Below are positions 19,333 through 31,546 of a DNA stretch of 64,000 bases, piece after piece (position 1 is the stretch's first letter; every line of letters starts with the position of its first letter). The DNA is from an uncultured bacterium (GTDB taxonomy: Bacteria; Desulfobacterota_D; UBA1144; Nemesobacterales; UBA2774). The notes under the pieces were generated by a model. That model did no database searches. It saw only the letters and a program-made list of their open reading frames with translations, and was not told the DNA's origin. The stretch spans positions 1,728,001-1,792,000 of the forward strand of contig CAWGRW010000009.1 in assembly GCA_963825135.1 (NCBI GenBank), written 5' to 3'. A program made the translations under genes and the position numbers.

Positions 19333-22300
19333 ATGGATAATTCTTCAGAAAATAGACCCGCTTTCAGAGACCCGAAAAATGTAGCAATAGCGCTCCTTGT
19401 TTTGATAGTCCTCATTATGGGACTCCTCCTGGCCAAAAACAATCTACCCGTGACGGGCGCGAAAAAGGTTTTGACCGGAATAAGCGGCGGCGTATCGGTC
19501 GTGGAGGTCAAATTCGATACCCAGGACAACACTTTTGTCGACATAATATTCAACAAGCCCATCGGGAAGAGCGAGGAGGGCGAGATTCTGGGACGCGACC
19601 CCGCCGTCATAAATCCCCCCGTTAACGGCTCCTGGACCTGGAAAACGCCCAACGTGCTTAGCTTTCAGGCGTCCTACAGGTTTAACATGGCCACCGATTA
19701 CACGATTACACTGAAGCCGGATAATTTTCTAAAGCCAGGCGAGGCTCTCGGCGGAAAGACCGAGTTCGAGATACGCACGGATAAATTTAAAATCGAGCAG
19801 GCTACCGTGGCGGAAGAGCCGGTGCCGGACCGGAAGAATACTGTGACGCTCGTCGGCACGATTGACTTCAACTACACGGTCGATCCGACTGTGATGGCTC
19901 GGAAAATCAGCCTGATAGAGCTCCCTGCGGAGAAAGACGGAGAGGAAAAGCTGATACCCATTAAGCTCATCACCGACTATTGGAATACCACTATCAAGTG
20001 GAGCAGCGACCCCATCGAGAAGATGGCGGCGGAACGGGAGCTCAAGCTGGTCATCGTAGGCGACCTCACGCCCGCAGAAGGGAACGTCGCTCTCGGGGAA
20101 GATTATGTCGAGAAGATCACGCTCGGATCAAAAGACAAGCTCGCAGTGAGGAGTGCCGAGCCCAAATCCGAATACCCGAAATCCTCTATCGACCTGGGCT
20201 TTTCTTCCTCCGTGAGCCCCGACATAGCGGCCGATTACATCTCTGTCGACCCCAAGGTGAATTACACCGTAAAAAGGGTCCAGAACGACCTTATCTTGAC
20301 CGGTGATTTCGTCCCCGGGAGTAAATACCAGCTCTCGATAGCGAAGGGGCTTCCTGCACTCGACGACGCCGTCCTCAGGGAGGAATACAAAAAGGAGATT
20401 CAGTTCGCCGATCTCACTCCGAAGCTTGAGTTCGAAAGCCCGGGGATGTTCCTCGACTCCAAGGGCACACGGGCCGTAGTGCTGAAATCTATAAATATGG
20501 AGAGCGTCGAGCTGACGGTCGACCGCGTTTATCTCAACAACATCTTCTTTCTCTTTCAGTCCTACGGATACTCGGTCTGGCGGGACGAATTCTATCAGGG
20601 CACCGTCGGGGATTTCATGGGCGGCCTTGTTGCTGAACAGCTCGATTACAAAATAGCGAACAAGAAGAACGAGGAAGTCTCCACAGTCCTTGATCTTCAG
20701 AAATACATACCTCAGAACGAGCCCGGCCTCTATCAGGTAGGCGTGCTGCCCTCAGGGGAGTATCAGGGCGTGCAGAAGTGGGTGCTGATTACGGATATAG
20801 GCATCGTCGCCAAGAAAGGCAAGGACGATTTCCTTGTCTGGACCTCGTCGTTTTCGAACCTCGAACCGATAGCGGGCGCGGATGTGAGGGTCATCAGCAG
20901 CCAGAACCAGCTTATCGCGAGGGGGTTGACGGACAAAAAAGGTATCTTCAGAGCGTCTGGGCTCACACAGAAATTTATCGATAACAAACCCTATATGGTG
21001 ACCGTGCAGAAAGGCGCCGATTTCAGTTTCCTCATTCTCGACAATATGCAGATAGACACGTCGGGGCTCGACGTCGGGGGCGCGGTGCCGTCGACTCTGG
21101 GGTATACCGCCTACGTATACGGCGAGAGGGATATATACCGCCCCGGAGAGACGGTAGAGGGCGTCGCGATAGTGAGAGATTCCAACCTCAATACGCCCTC
21201 GTCGATGCCCATCGTACTCAAGCAGAAGGACGCGAGAGGGCGTGAAGTCAAGACGATAAAGGAAACCATAAACGATGAAGGTATCGTATCATTCTCGATA
21301 CTGATACCCGAATTCGCTCCGACCGGGAACAATACAATCGAAGTGCTGGCCGGAGACGAGCTCATAGGGCAGTACCTCTTTCAGGTGGAGGAATTCATCC
21401 CGGACCGCATAAAGGTCAAGATCGAGACGGACGAGGACAACGTCCCCCTGGGTAAAGAACTCGAGTACGACGTAAGAAGCTCATATCTCTTCGGTCCCCC
21501 TGCCTCGGGACTCTCTGTACAGACGCTCATAGACCTTGTGGAGAACCCTTTCCTTCCCGAGGGCTACGACGGGTACGTCTTCACCAACCCTGACAGGAAA
21601 TACGATTCCAAGGAGATTTTCCGCTCGGAAGGTTATCTCGATGCCGAGGGTGTAAAAAAATTCACCGTCAAGATACCCGAAGGGCTAAGGCCCGCCTCGT
21701 CCCTTCAGGCCCAGATAACCGCGCGAGTCCAGGAAACGGGCGGCCGCGGCGTGAACTCGCTCAGGCGGGTAAATGTCGATCCTTATCCCTATTACCTGGG
21801 GCTCAAGCGGAAGACCCCTGATGAATTTGCCGAGCCCGGGAAAGAGGTAGAGTTCGAGTACGTCGCCCTCTCCCCGAAAGGCGAAGGTACTGAGGAGGTA
21901 AAAACCGGGGCATTAAAGGCGGAATTTTATAAAGATGTATGGAATACCGTATTGAGGAGGACGTCCAGCGGGAACTACAGCTACGAATCGAAGCGCGATT
22001 CCGTGCTTCTGAATTCGATGACTATAGACAGCGGGGTGTCCAAAGGCAGCTTCACTTTTACCGCTCCCGAATTCGGGAGCTACCGGGTGGTACTGACCGA
22101 TCCGAAGGGCGGCGCCTCCACTCAGATCCAGTTCTATGCGAGCGGATGGGGGTTTTCACCCTGGGCGATCGAGAACCCTGCGCGCATAGACCTCGACCTA
22201 GAAAAGGCTGAGTATATGCCGGGCGAGACGGCCAAGCTTCAGGTGCGTGCGCCGTTCTCGGGGAAACTCCTCATTACCGTCGAGCGGGAAGGCGTGTACT

Positions 22301-24852
22301 ACACCGAAACGCATACTCTCGACGGCAACACAGCGACAATCGACATACCGATCAGCGAGAAATTCAGGCCTAACGCATACGTCACGGCTACCCTCGTCAG
22401 GGGCGTAAAGGAGCTTGAGCCCGGCTCGGCGGGGAGGGCTTTCGGAGCAATTCCGATAAACGTGGACCGCACGGCTAACAAGATAAACGTCGAAATCACG
22501 GCGCCCGAGGAAATCAGGCCCCTCACTCCTCTGGAGATAGGGGTTAAAACGGTTCCCGGCGCGACAGTCACGATCGCGGCCGTGGATGAAGGCATATTGC
22601 AGCTCATTGACCAGAAGACCGCCGACCCGTTTACCTATTTTTACAGGAAGCTCGCGCTCGAAGTGACCGCATATGACACGTTTTCGCTCCTCCTGCCGGA
22701 CGTATCTCTCGGGTTATCGCCCCCGGGCGGCGGATTCGGAGCCAGAAAAGAATTGCAGTTCCTGAGCACCCAGGGCATAAGGAGGGTAAAGCCGGTCGCC
22801 TACTGGTCGGGCGTGCTGAAAGCGGACGCCCAGGGGAAGGCCGTGTTCAAATTCGATATGCCTCAGTTCCAGGGAGCCGTCCGTATCATGGCCGTGGCCG
22901 AAAAGGGCGAGGAGTTCGGCTCGTCCGAGAAATTCACACGCGTGAAATCCCCTATAGTGCTTCTCCCGACAGCGCCCAGGTTCTTTTCGCTCAACGAAAG
23001 CGTCGTCATACCGGTCTCCGTCAGGAACGACACTAAGAAGGACGGCGTATTTGCCATAAATACCGTGATAACCGGACCCGGTTCCGTCGCAGAGATGAAA
23101 AGCGGCGGGGATGCAAAGGAAAAAGCCGGCAACGCAAAGGAAGCGAAAATAGAGGCCGAGATTCCGAACGGCGGAGAGAAGACGATATATTTCGTCGTTG
23201 ATACGGCCGACGAGACGGGCGCGATCGGTCTCAATATCTCCGCGTCTGGTAACGGCGAATCCACAAACTCCGACATGGACGTTCCGGTCCTCCCCGACCT
23301 CCCCATGAGCAGGGCGGAGAACCTCGGCAGCATAAAAAATGCCGACACTGAGCTCGCAATCGAAAATACGGAATCTTACCGCGCGGGGACTATAAACAGA
23401 GAGCTCTATATAAGCAAGCTCCCTCTGATAGAGTTCTCCGGGAAACTCGAATACCTGCTTCAATACCCGTACGGGTGTCTCGAACAGGTCACTTCCCGCG
23501 TATTCCCGCTCGTATACCTTTCCGATATTGCAAAAGAGATAGACCCCGATCTGTTCAAGAAAGCCGACCCCGCGGCCATGGTTCAGGAAGGGATAAGACA
23601 GATAGGCACGATGCAGGTGGCGGGGGGAGGATTCTCTCTCTGGCCGGGAGGCGTCGAGCCCGAGCCGTGGGTGAGCATATACGCCGCGCATTTCCTCGTC
23701 GAGGCCCGTAAGGCGGGATACTTCGTCGATGACTCCTTGTATTCGGGAATGATCGAATATTTGAAGAACGTCGCCAAAGCGAAGCCCGATTACAGCACGG
23801 GAGAGCTCGAGAGGGCGGTCTACGCGTTATACGTCCTTAGCCGTGACGGGAAGCCGGATATGAGCACCATGGATTTCATCAGGGACCGTCACATAGGCGA
23901 GCTCACAGTCGAATCGAAGGCGCTCTTGGGCGGCGCATACGCCGCCGCAGGGAACGCGGCCGCTCTGGAAGGGCTGCTCAAGGGCCTGGACGACGTGGAA
24001 GAGGTGGCGAGGCAGACCGGAGGCAATTTCAATTCCACTATCAGGAACCGCGCCATACTGCTCATGGCTATACTAGATGTCAACCCCGAGGACCCGAGAG
24101 TCCCAGCGCTCGTCGAGCGGCTGTCGAGGGACGCACAGTTAAACGCATGGTGGACCACTCAGGAGAGCTCTTTCGCACTCCTGGCCATAGGCCAGTTCGT
24201 CAAGAGACAGAGCGAGACCCCGCCTTACACGGGGAAGGTATACGTGGGGGACGAGGAGAAAGCGAGCTTCAGCAGCGAAGCGACCCTGAGTCTCACAGGC
24301 ATTACGGGCGACAAACCGGTTAGCATAAAGATGGACGCCGGGTTTAAGGAAGGGAGCGCGTTCTATACCCTGATAACGAGCGGCTTCCCGACGAAAAAGG
24401 GGTTCAAGCCCGTACAGGACGGGCTCCTCGTGGAGAGGGAATTCCTGACGAGGGACGGCGCCCCGCTCGATCCCAATAACATCGTTCAGGGCGACCTTGT
24501 GGTAGTCAGGACGAAGATACAGAGCGCGTCCGGAAGTCTTCAAAACGTGGTGATAGAGAACCTGCTGCCTTCGGGGTTCGAGGTGGAGAACCCGAGGCTC
24601 AAGACGACTGAGACCCTTTCCTGGGCGACGGGCGACAGTATAGAACCCGGATACCTCGACATAAGGGACGACCGCATACTGATATTCACGGACCTGCCCG
24701 ACGCCAAATGGTACAACTACTACGCTCTTCTGCGCGTCGTTAATCCCGGCACATTCAATGTGCCGCCCGTTCAGGCGGAGGCGATGTATTCGCCCAATAT
24801 CAGGTATACGGGAAAACTCGGGAACCCGTTCGTCGTTAAGATGAGACAATAG
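19333..24852 (+). CDS. yfhM: Bacterial alpha-2-macroglobulin (YfhM family)
   Basis: 1839 aa; ERDIYRPGE, FQVEEFIPDR, AAVDEGIL, thioester motif YPYGCLEQ, LLPSGFEVEN; followed by pbpC. Confidence 0.93.
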   Translation: MDNSSENRPAFRDPKNVAIALLVLIVLIMGLLLAKNNLPVTGAKKVLTGISGGVSVVEVKFDTQDNTFVDIIFNKPIGKSEEGEILGRDPAVINPPVNGSWTWKTPNVLSFQASYRFNMATDYTITLKPDNFLKPGEALGGKTEFEIRTDKFKIEQATVAEEPVPDRKNTVTLVGTIDFNYTVDPTVMARKISLIELPAEKDGEEKLIPIKLITDYWNTTIKWSSDPIEKMAAERELKLVIVGDLTPAEGNVALGEDYVEKITLGSKDKLAVRSAEPKSEYPKSSIDLGFSSSVSPDIAADYISVDPKVNYTVKRVQNDLILTGDFVPGSKYQLSIAKGLPALDDAVLREEYKKEIQFADLTPKLEFESPGMFLDSKGTRAVVLKSINMESVELTVDRVYLNNIFFLFQSYGYSVWRDEFYQGTVGDFMGGLVAEQLDYKIANKKNEEVSTVLDLQKYIPQNEPGLYQVGVLPSGEYQGVQKWVLITDIGIVAKKGKDDFLVWTSSFSNLEPIAGADVRVISSQNQLIARGLTDKKGIFRASGLTQKFIDNKPYMVTVQKGADFSFLILDNMQIDTSGLDVGGAVPSTLGYTAYVYGERDIYRPGETVEGVAIVRDSNLNTPSSMPIVLKQKDARGREVKTIKETINDEGIVSFSILIPEFAPTGNNTIEVLAGDELIGQYLFQVEEFIPDRIKVKIETDEDNVPLGKELEYDVRSSYLFGPPASGLSVQTLIDLVENPFLPEGYDGYVFTNPDRKYDSKEIFRSEGYLDAEGVKKFTVKIPEGLRPASSLQAQITARVQETGGRGVNSLRRVNVDPYPYYLGLKRKTPDEFAEPGKEVEFEYVALSPKGEGTEEVKTGALKAEFYKDVWNTVLRRTSSGNYSYESKRDSVLLNSMTIDSGVSKGSFTFTAPEFGSYRVVLTDPKGGASTQIQFYASGWGFSPWAIENPARIDLDLEKAEYMPGETAKLQVRAPFSGKLLITVEREGVYYTETHTLDGNTATIDIPISEKFRPNAYVTATLVRGVKELEPGSAGRAFGAIPINVDRTANKINVEITAPEEIRPLTPLEIGVKTVPGATVTIAAVDEGILQLIDQKTADPFTYFYRKLALEVTAYDTFSLLLPDVSLGLSPPGGGFGARKELQFLSTQGIRRVKPVAYWSGVLKADAQGKAVFKFDMPQFQGAVRIMAVAEKGEEFGSSEKFTRVKSPIVLLPTAPRFFSLNESVVIPVSVRNDTKKDGVFAINTVITGPGSVAEMKSGGDAKEKAGNAKEAKIEAEIPNGGEKTIYFVVDTADETGAIGLNISASGNGESTNSDMDVPVLPDLPMSRAENLGSIKNADTELAIENTESYRAGTINRELYISKLPLIEFSGKLEYLLQYPYGCLEQVTSRVFPLVYLSDIAKEIDPDLFKKADPAAMVQEGIRQIGTMQVAGGGFSLWPGGVEPEPWVSIYAAHFLVEARKAGYFVDDSLYSGMIEYLKNVAKAKPDYSTGELERAVYALYVLSRDGKPDMSTMDFIRDRHIGELTVESKALLGGAYAAAGNAAALEGLLKGLDDVEEVARQTGGNFNSTIRNRAILLMAILDVNPEDPRVPALVERLSRDAQLNAWWTTQESSFALLAIGQFVKRQSETPPYTGKVYVGDEEKASFSSEATLSLTGITGDKPVSIKMDAGFKEGSAFYTLITSGFPTKKGFKPVQDGLLVEREFLTRDGAPLDPNNIVQGDLVVVRTKIQSASGSLQNVVIENLLPSGFEVENPRLKTTETLSWATGDSIEPGYLDIRDDRILIFTDLPDAKWYNYYALLRVVNPGTFNVPPVQAEAMYSPNIRYTGKLGNPFVVKMRQ

Positions 24853-24900
24853 CCCCGCGGGTATCGGGCCCGCGCGATAGTCGTACGGAGATAAATAGTA

Positions 24901-27276
24901 ATGCCGAGAGCTGCCGGGCGATATAAGAAAATAGCGGCGATAGTTTTTCTATCGTCGTCCGCATTTGTCCTCTCCGCGCTCATACTTTTTTTGGCGCTCG
25001 ATTCCTTATTCCCTTTTCCGGTGGAATCGCTCCGAAGAGAGCCGACGGCCGTTATCACGGACAGGGACGGCAGGCCTCTCAGGTTCTTTCTGCCCGGGGA
25101 CAAGCGCTGGCGCTTCCCCGTAAAGCTCGCGGACGTTTCCCCGAAGCTCACCCGAGCCGTGATCGCCTCTGAAGACAGGTGGTTCCACGCGCATCCGGGC
25201 GTGAATCCTTTCGCTCTTATGAGGGCCTTTTACACCAACATAAAAGAGGGAAGGGTCGTCTCGGGCGCGTCCACGATACCGATGCAGATTGCCCGCATGA
25301 CCGACCCTAAGCCGAGGACTATCTTCTCTAAAGCGGAAGAGGCGTTCCGCGCAATTCAGCTGAAGCGAATTTTTAGAGACGACGAGCTCCTCGAAATCTA
25401 CCTGAACCTGGCCCCCTATGGCGGCAACATAGAGGGAGTGGGCGCTGCGTCTTATTTTTACTTCGGGAAGAGCCCGCGCGCGCTTTCGCCGGGCGAGATA
25501 GCACTGCTCACGGCACTCCCGCGCTCGCCCGCGGCCTACGACCCGATCAGGAACCCGAAGGACTCGGAGAGGGAGAGAAATAAAGTCCTGGGTCAGCTTG
25601 CCGCAAGTGGGGTTATTTCGGCGGATGAGGCGGCGGAGGGCAGGAAAGAGTCTGTGCCCCGAAGAAGAAAACCCCAGCCCTTCTCGGCGCCGCACTTCTC
25701 GGAATACGTGTACAGAGATATTTCGAAAGGCGGAAGCCTGAAAACTTCGCTCGATTCGTCAATTCAGAAGATAGCCGAGGAAGTGGCCAGGCGGCACATC
25801 GGACTATTGAGGAACGACGGCATAGACAACCTGGCGATTGTCGTTATAGAGAACGACACGAGGAAATTGAGAGCCATGGTGGGATCGGCGGATTACTTCG
25901 ATAAGGCGCATTCGGGTCAGTTCAATTTCACGCTCGCCAAACGCTCACCCGGCTCCGCCCTTAAGCCGTTTCTTTACGCTATGGCGCTTGACGAGGGTAT
26001 AGCAGTGCCCGATTCCTACGTGCTCGACATACCCACCGACTTCTCGGGATACGTCGCCGAGAATTACGACAGCAAATACAGGGGGAGGATAACCCTCGAG
26101 AACGCCCTGATACTTTCATTAAACGCCCCGGCCGTGAGGATGCTGGCCAGGGTCGGCCTCAAGGATTTTCACAATTTGCTTTTAAAGGCCGGTCTGTCGA
26201 CACTCGACAGGCCGTCTAATAAGTACGGGCTTCCGCTTATACTCGGATCAGGGGAAGTGAGGCTTCTCGATCTGGCGAACCTCTACGCGACGCTCGCCGG
26301 GGGGGGTGAGCACGAGCCATTGATTGTCGCCGAAGACGCGAAACACGACGGCGAGGCAACTGAACTGTTCTCCCCCGAGGCATCATACCTTATAACGGAA
26401 ATACTTACCGGTCTCAAGCGCCCCGATATGCCGGCCAACACATGGGCGCTCACGGAGGACATACCGGAAGTCGCGTGGAAAACGGGCACGTCGTACGGAC
26501 ACAAGGACGCGTGGTCCCTCGGGTTCTCCAGCAAATACACCATAGGCGTCTGGGTCGGCAATCCTGACGGCAGGGGACAGAAAGGCATCTCGGGCTCCGA
26601 GCACGCCGCGCCCATTCTATTCGATGTTTTCAGGGGGATCGAGGGGGACGGCTCGAGAATAGGCAGGCCCGAAGGACTCAACCTCGGCACGATCGAGGTC
26701 TGCAGGGAGAGCCACCTGCTCCCGACGCCGTACTGCGAGGATAGGGACAAAATCACGTACATAAAAGGCGTATCCAGAATTCCGAGAGACAATTACTCGA
26801 AGAAGATATTTGTAGATTCGGAGACCGGAGATTTACTTCTTGGTGATTGTATCGGAGAGCGCCCTCACGAATCGCGTGTTGTTACAACGTATCCCCCGGA
26901 GCTCGTCGCCTGGTGGGTGGCCGAGGGCAAACGGTCTGATGCTATCCCTCCCCTGAGTCCCCACTGCAAAGACGTCTCTTCCGAGCGCCCCCCTCAGATA
27001 TTATCGCCGGATAAATCGACCCCTTACCGCGTGCTCAAAGGCATGCCGGCCGAGTATCAGAGGGTCGAGCTCATAGCAGGGGTGAGCGAGGAGGTAAACG
27101 CGCTCTACTGGTATCAGGACGGGGAGCTCGTGGCCTCGACGCGTCCTTACAAGAAAACGTTCATACCGCTCACAGCGGGCACACACCGCCTCGTCGTAGT
27201 GGATTCCTCGGGGCGTTCCGACAGCATCAAGTACGGGGTCGAGAGCCGGGACAGCGTTGAAGTCGTGGTGAAATGA
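24901..27276 (+). CDS. pbpC: Penicillin-binding protein 1C
   Basis: Transglycosylase EDRWF..H.GV and GASTIPMQ; transpeptidase SALK, SLN and KTGTS; adjacent to A2M. Confidence 0.93.
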   Translation: MPRAAGRYKKIAAIVFLSSSAFVLSALILFLALDSLFPFPVESLRREPTAVITDRDGRPLRFFLPGDKRWRFPVKLADVSPKLTRAVIASEDRWFHAHPGVNPFALMRAFYTNIKEGRVVSGASTIPMQIARMTDPKPRTIFSKAEEAFRAIQLKRIFRDDELLEIYLNLAPYGGNIEGVGAASYFYFGKSPRALSPGEIALLTALPRSPAAYDPIRNPKDSERERNKVLGQLAASGVISADEAAEGRKESVPRRRKPQPFSAPHFSEYVYRDISKGGSLKTSLDSSIQKIAEEVARRHIGLLRNDGIDNLAIVVIENDTRKLRAMVGSADYFDKAHSGQFNFTLAKRSPGSALKPFLYAMALDEGIAVPDSYVLDIPTDFSGYVAENYDSKYRGRITLENALILSLNAPAVRMLARVGLKDFHNLLLKAGLSTLDRPSNKYGLPLILGSGEVRLLDLANLYATLAGGGEHEPLIVAEDAKHDGEATELFSPEASYLITEILTGLKRPDMPANTWALTEDIPEVAWKTGTSYGHKDAWSLGFSSKYTIGVWVGNPDGRGQKGISGSEHAAPILFDVFRGIEGDGSRIGRPEGLNLGTIEVCRESHLLPTPYCEDRDKITYIKGVSRIPRDNYSKKIFVDSETGDLLLGDCIGERPHESRVVTTYPPELVAWWVAEGKRSDAIPPLSPHCKDVSSERPPQILSPDKSTPYRVLKGMPAEYQRVELIAGVSEEVNALYWYQDGELVASTRPYKKTFIPLTAGTHRLVVVDSSGRSDSIKYGVESRDSVEVVVK

Positions 27277-27292
27277 GATTCCGCAAGAAGGG

Positions 27293-28144
27293 GTGAATTT
27301 GGGCGCCAGGACGATACTCGATAAATTTATTCGGCTTCTATCATTTTCCATTGCTCTCTTCCTGTTGACCGGCTTCTTGCAATATTCCCGTTCGGCGGAA
27401 GAGAGCCCCGGACTTAAATTTCTTGTTTCCGGTAAGGCGGTAAAGGAGATAGGCCTGGGCGAGCTAAAGACGAAGCTCGAGGCGCAACGTATCGAGCTAT
27501 ACGATACGGAGTATAAGAAGTCCAAGAGGTACGAGGGGTTCAAGGTCGAGGACGTGCTCAGGCTGGCGTACGGCGACTTATTGGACAGCCCTGACTATAC
27601 CGATATCGCGTTTACGGCGCTCGACGGCTATGAAAGCGTGTCCGTTCTCTCCAAAATGGAAGAGAAGGGGGGGTACTTGGTTTTTGCCGATCTCGACTCG
27701 AATAATTGGGAGCCCATAGGCAGGACCGGGGCGAGCCCCGGCCCGTTTTATCTCGTATGGACCGGCAAAGACCAGCTTCCGGAAAACGAATACCCGTGGC
27801 CCTGGCAGATAGCATCCATCAATATCATGCGCTTTTCAGACCAGTACCCTCTCGTCTATCCGGACGGTGCGGAAATGGATTCAGCCGCGTATAAGGGTTA
27901 CGAGATATACAAGGGGAGGTGCGTCAGGTGTCATTCGATGAACCGGCAGGGCGGCAAGGTGGGCCCCGACTTAAACGCTCCCCGGAGTATCGTTACTTAC
28001 CGCTCGGAATATATGATAAAGGAGTTTATCAAGCACCCGTCCGAGTATCGATATACCCAGATGCCCGACCACCCCGATCTGAGCGATCAGGACTTGAATG
28101 ACTTGATCGCGTATTTCCGTTACATGAACAGTCACAGGAAATAG
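27293..28144 (+). CDS. Exported protein with a molybdopterin-oxidoreductase-like N-domain and C-terminal monoheme cytochrome c
   Basis: Signal peptide; ALDGY, PFYLVW and WPWQ; CVRCH and MP. Confidence 0.75.
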   Translation: MNLGARTILDKFIRLLSFSIALFLLTGFLQYSRSAEESPGLKFLVSGKAVKEIGLGELKTKLEAQRIELYDTEYKKSKRYEGFKVEDVLRLAYGDLLDSPDYTDIAFTALDGYESVSVLSKMEEKGGYLVFADLDSNNWEPIGRTGASPGPFYLVWTGKDQLPENEYPWPWQIASINIMRFSDQYPLVYPDGAEMDSAAYKGYEIYKGRCVRCHSMNRQGGKVGPDLNAPRSIVTYRSEYMIKEFIKHPSEYRYTQMPDHPDLSDQDLNDLIAYFRYMNSHRK

Positions 28145-28147
28145 AAC

Positions 28148-29515
28148 CTACCTCTTCTCGACTGTCATCCTCATCCCGTACTTCGGGCGGATAGTGATAA
28201 GCGGGTCAGGCTCGACCCTCTGGCCCGGAGCGAGGCTCATCTTCCACCGGGAGGCGATTGCGGCGATCAGAAGCACGCCCTCCATCCACGCGAAGGGCTC
28301 CCCTATACAGCGCCTGGGCCCTCCACCGAACGGGAAGTAGGCGAATTTGGGGAGGCGCGAATCCTCTTCCGATCCCCACCTTTCGGGGTCATATTTGAGC
28401 GGGTCCGGATAAAAACGCCCGTCACGGTGCACGACGAACTGGCTCATGTATATATCCGCCCCCGCGGGGACTACATATCCGCCGACCCGGTAATCCTCTA
28501 TAGCGCGCCGGGCGAGCGTCCATGCCGCGGGATAGAGCCTGAGGGCCTCCTTGAAAACCCCGTGCGTATATGGGAGCTTGCCGAGGTCGTTCATGGAAGG
28601 AAGCCGCCCGCCCAGAACGGTGTCGATCTCTTCGTGGAGCTTCTTTTCGGCTCCGGGGTTTTGAGAGAGGAGATACCACGTCCACGTGAGGGAATTGGCC
28701 ATCGTCTCCTGCCCGGCAAGGAATAGGGTTATCGCCTCGTCTCTCACCTGCCTATCGCTCATACCCTTCCCGTCCCCCTCTTCGTCCCTCGCTTCGAGCA
28801 GCATCGAGAGGAGGTCGTCTTTCTGCCCCGCATCCCTCCGTCTTTCGTCTATGAGTCTGTAAATCACGTTGTCGAGCCGGCTCACCGCAAGAAGCCCGCG
28901 TTTATTCCCCGGGAGGGGCAGGTAGTCGAGGATTTCGGAGAACGGGAATACGAACCTCGGAAAAAGGTTCACAATTTCCGTGAGTGATTTGACGATCTCG
29001 TCCGATTCGGATTCGACGTCGGCGTCGAAGAGGGTCTTGCTCACGACTGCGAGCGTGAGCCTCGTCATCTCCGCGTGCATATCGACCGTGTCTCCATTCT
29101 TCCATCCCCCGCCCGTGCGCGAGCCGTGTTCAGCCATAACGTCGCCGTAGGATTTTATCCTCTTGTAGTGAAATACCGGCTGAACGATTCTCCTCTGTCT
29201 CAGGTGTAACTCCCCTTCGCTCGTGAGAAGCCCATCGCCCAGGACTATCCTGGCCCGGTTAAGCGCGCGGCTCTTGGTGAAGTTGCGGTTGTGTGTGACG
29301 AGCACGTCCTTGATGTGCTCCGGGTCGTTCAGGAGGTATAACCTCCGCGAGCCCAGTCTGAAGTAAACGATGTCCCCGAACTCTTCTGAAATCTTTGTGA
29401 GGAAACCGAGCGGGTCTCTGAAATAGTCGAGAAGGGAGCCTATGAAAGGCAGGCCCCTCGGCCCCGGAGGCAGCTGCGGTTTATTAATCCGGTACTCTTT
29501 TTTCGCGGCTTCCAT
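28148..29515 (-). CDS. Cytochrome P450
   Basis: PPGP, I-helix AGQET, EALRLYP, DPERW and FGGGPRRCIG heme-Cys motif. Confidence 0.95.
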   Translation of the reverse strand: MEAAKKEYRINKPQLPPGPRGLPFIGSLLDYFRDPLGFLTKISEEFGDIVYFRLGSRRLYLLNDPEHIKDVLVTHNRNFTKSRALNRARIVLGDGLLTSEGELHLRQRRIVQPVFHYKRIKSYGDVMAEHGSRTGGGWKNGDTVDMHAEMTRLTLAVVSKTLFDADVESESDEIVKSLTEIVNLFPRFVFPFSEILDYLPLPGNKRGLLAVSRLDNVIYRLIDERRRDAGQKDDLLSMLLEARDEEGDGKGMSDRQVRDEAITLFLAGQETMANSLTWTWYLLSQNPGAEKKLHEEIDTVLGGRLPSMNDLGKLPYTHGVFKEALRLYPAAWTLARRAIEDYRVGGYVVPAGADIYMSQFVVHRDGRFYPDPLKYDPERWGSEEDSRLPKFAYFPFGGGPRRCIGEPFAWMEGVLLIAAIASRWKMSLAPGQRVEPDPLITIRPKYGMRMTVEKR

Positions 29516-29643
29516 GATTAGTTCAAGAATATGGAATCGCGGATAGAGTGTCAACAACGCTCCGGGCTGTAATCCCCCCTTAGCTAATATTCTTGTAATG
29601 GAACCGCTCTCTGGTGTAAATTATTCCGGGAGAGGAGACGGTA

Positions 29644-30111
29644 ATGGAAGACATAAAGACACTCCGCCGGATATTGAACGATTATAAAACAATTGCCGTC
29701 GTCGGGCTCTCCGACAAATGGAACCGACCGAGCTATTTCGCCGCCAAGTACCTCCAGGAGCACGGCTACAGGATAATTCCGGTCAACCCCGGGCATAAAG
29801 AGATCCTCGGTGAGAAGTGTTATGCGAGCCTCCTGGACATTCCGGAGAAGGTCGAAGTCGTCGAGATATTCAGGAAGTCAGAAGACGTCCCGCCCATAGT
29901 CGAAGACGCGATAAAGATAGGGGCGAAAGTCGTATGGATGCAGCTCGGGATTATTAACGAGGAGGCCGCGAAGCGCGCGAGGGAGGCGGGGCTCGAGGTC
30001 GTCATGAACAGGTGCATGAAGATAGAGCACGGACGGCTCTTCGGGGGGATTAATTTTATCGGGGTCAACCGCGGGATAATTTCGTCCAAAAGGCCGAAAC
30101 ATGTCCCGTAG
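29644..30111 (+). CDS. CoA-binding protein (YccU-like)
   Basis: IAVVGLS, PVNP, VWMQLG and NRCMKIEH. Confidence 0.9.
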   Translation: MEDIKTLRRILNDYKTIAVVGLSDKWNRPSYFAAKYLQEHGYRIIPVNPGHKEILGEKCYASLLDIPEKVEVVEIFRKSEDVPPIVEDAIKIGAKVVWMQLGIINEEAAKRAREAGLEVVMNRCMKIEHGRLFGGINFIGVNRGIISSKRPKHVP

Positions 30112-30142
30112 CTTATTTGCCGTGAAGACGCCGGGGCGTTAA

Positions 30143-31492
<1,350 letters not shown>

Positions 31493-31546
31493 CCGGATCA
31501 AAATACCCTCGGGCTTCCCGTACGGCTTGCGCAAGATGAAATTCTC

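Noticed and set aside
22714..24849. Long antisense ORFs inside the alpha-2-macroglobulin gene
   Set aside because: Shadows with no independent evidence
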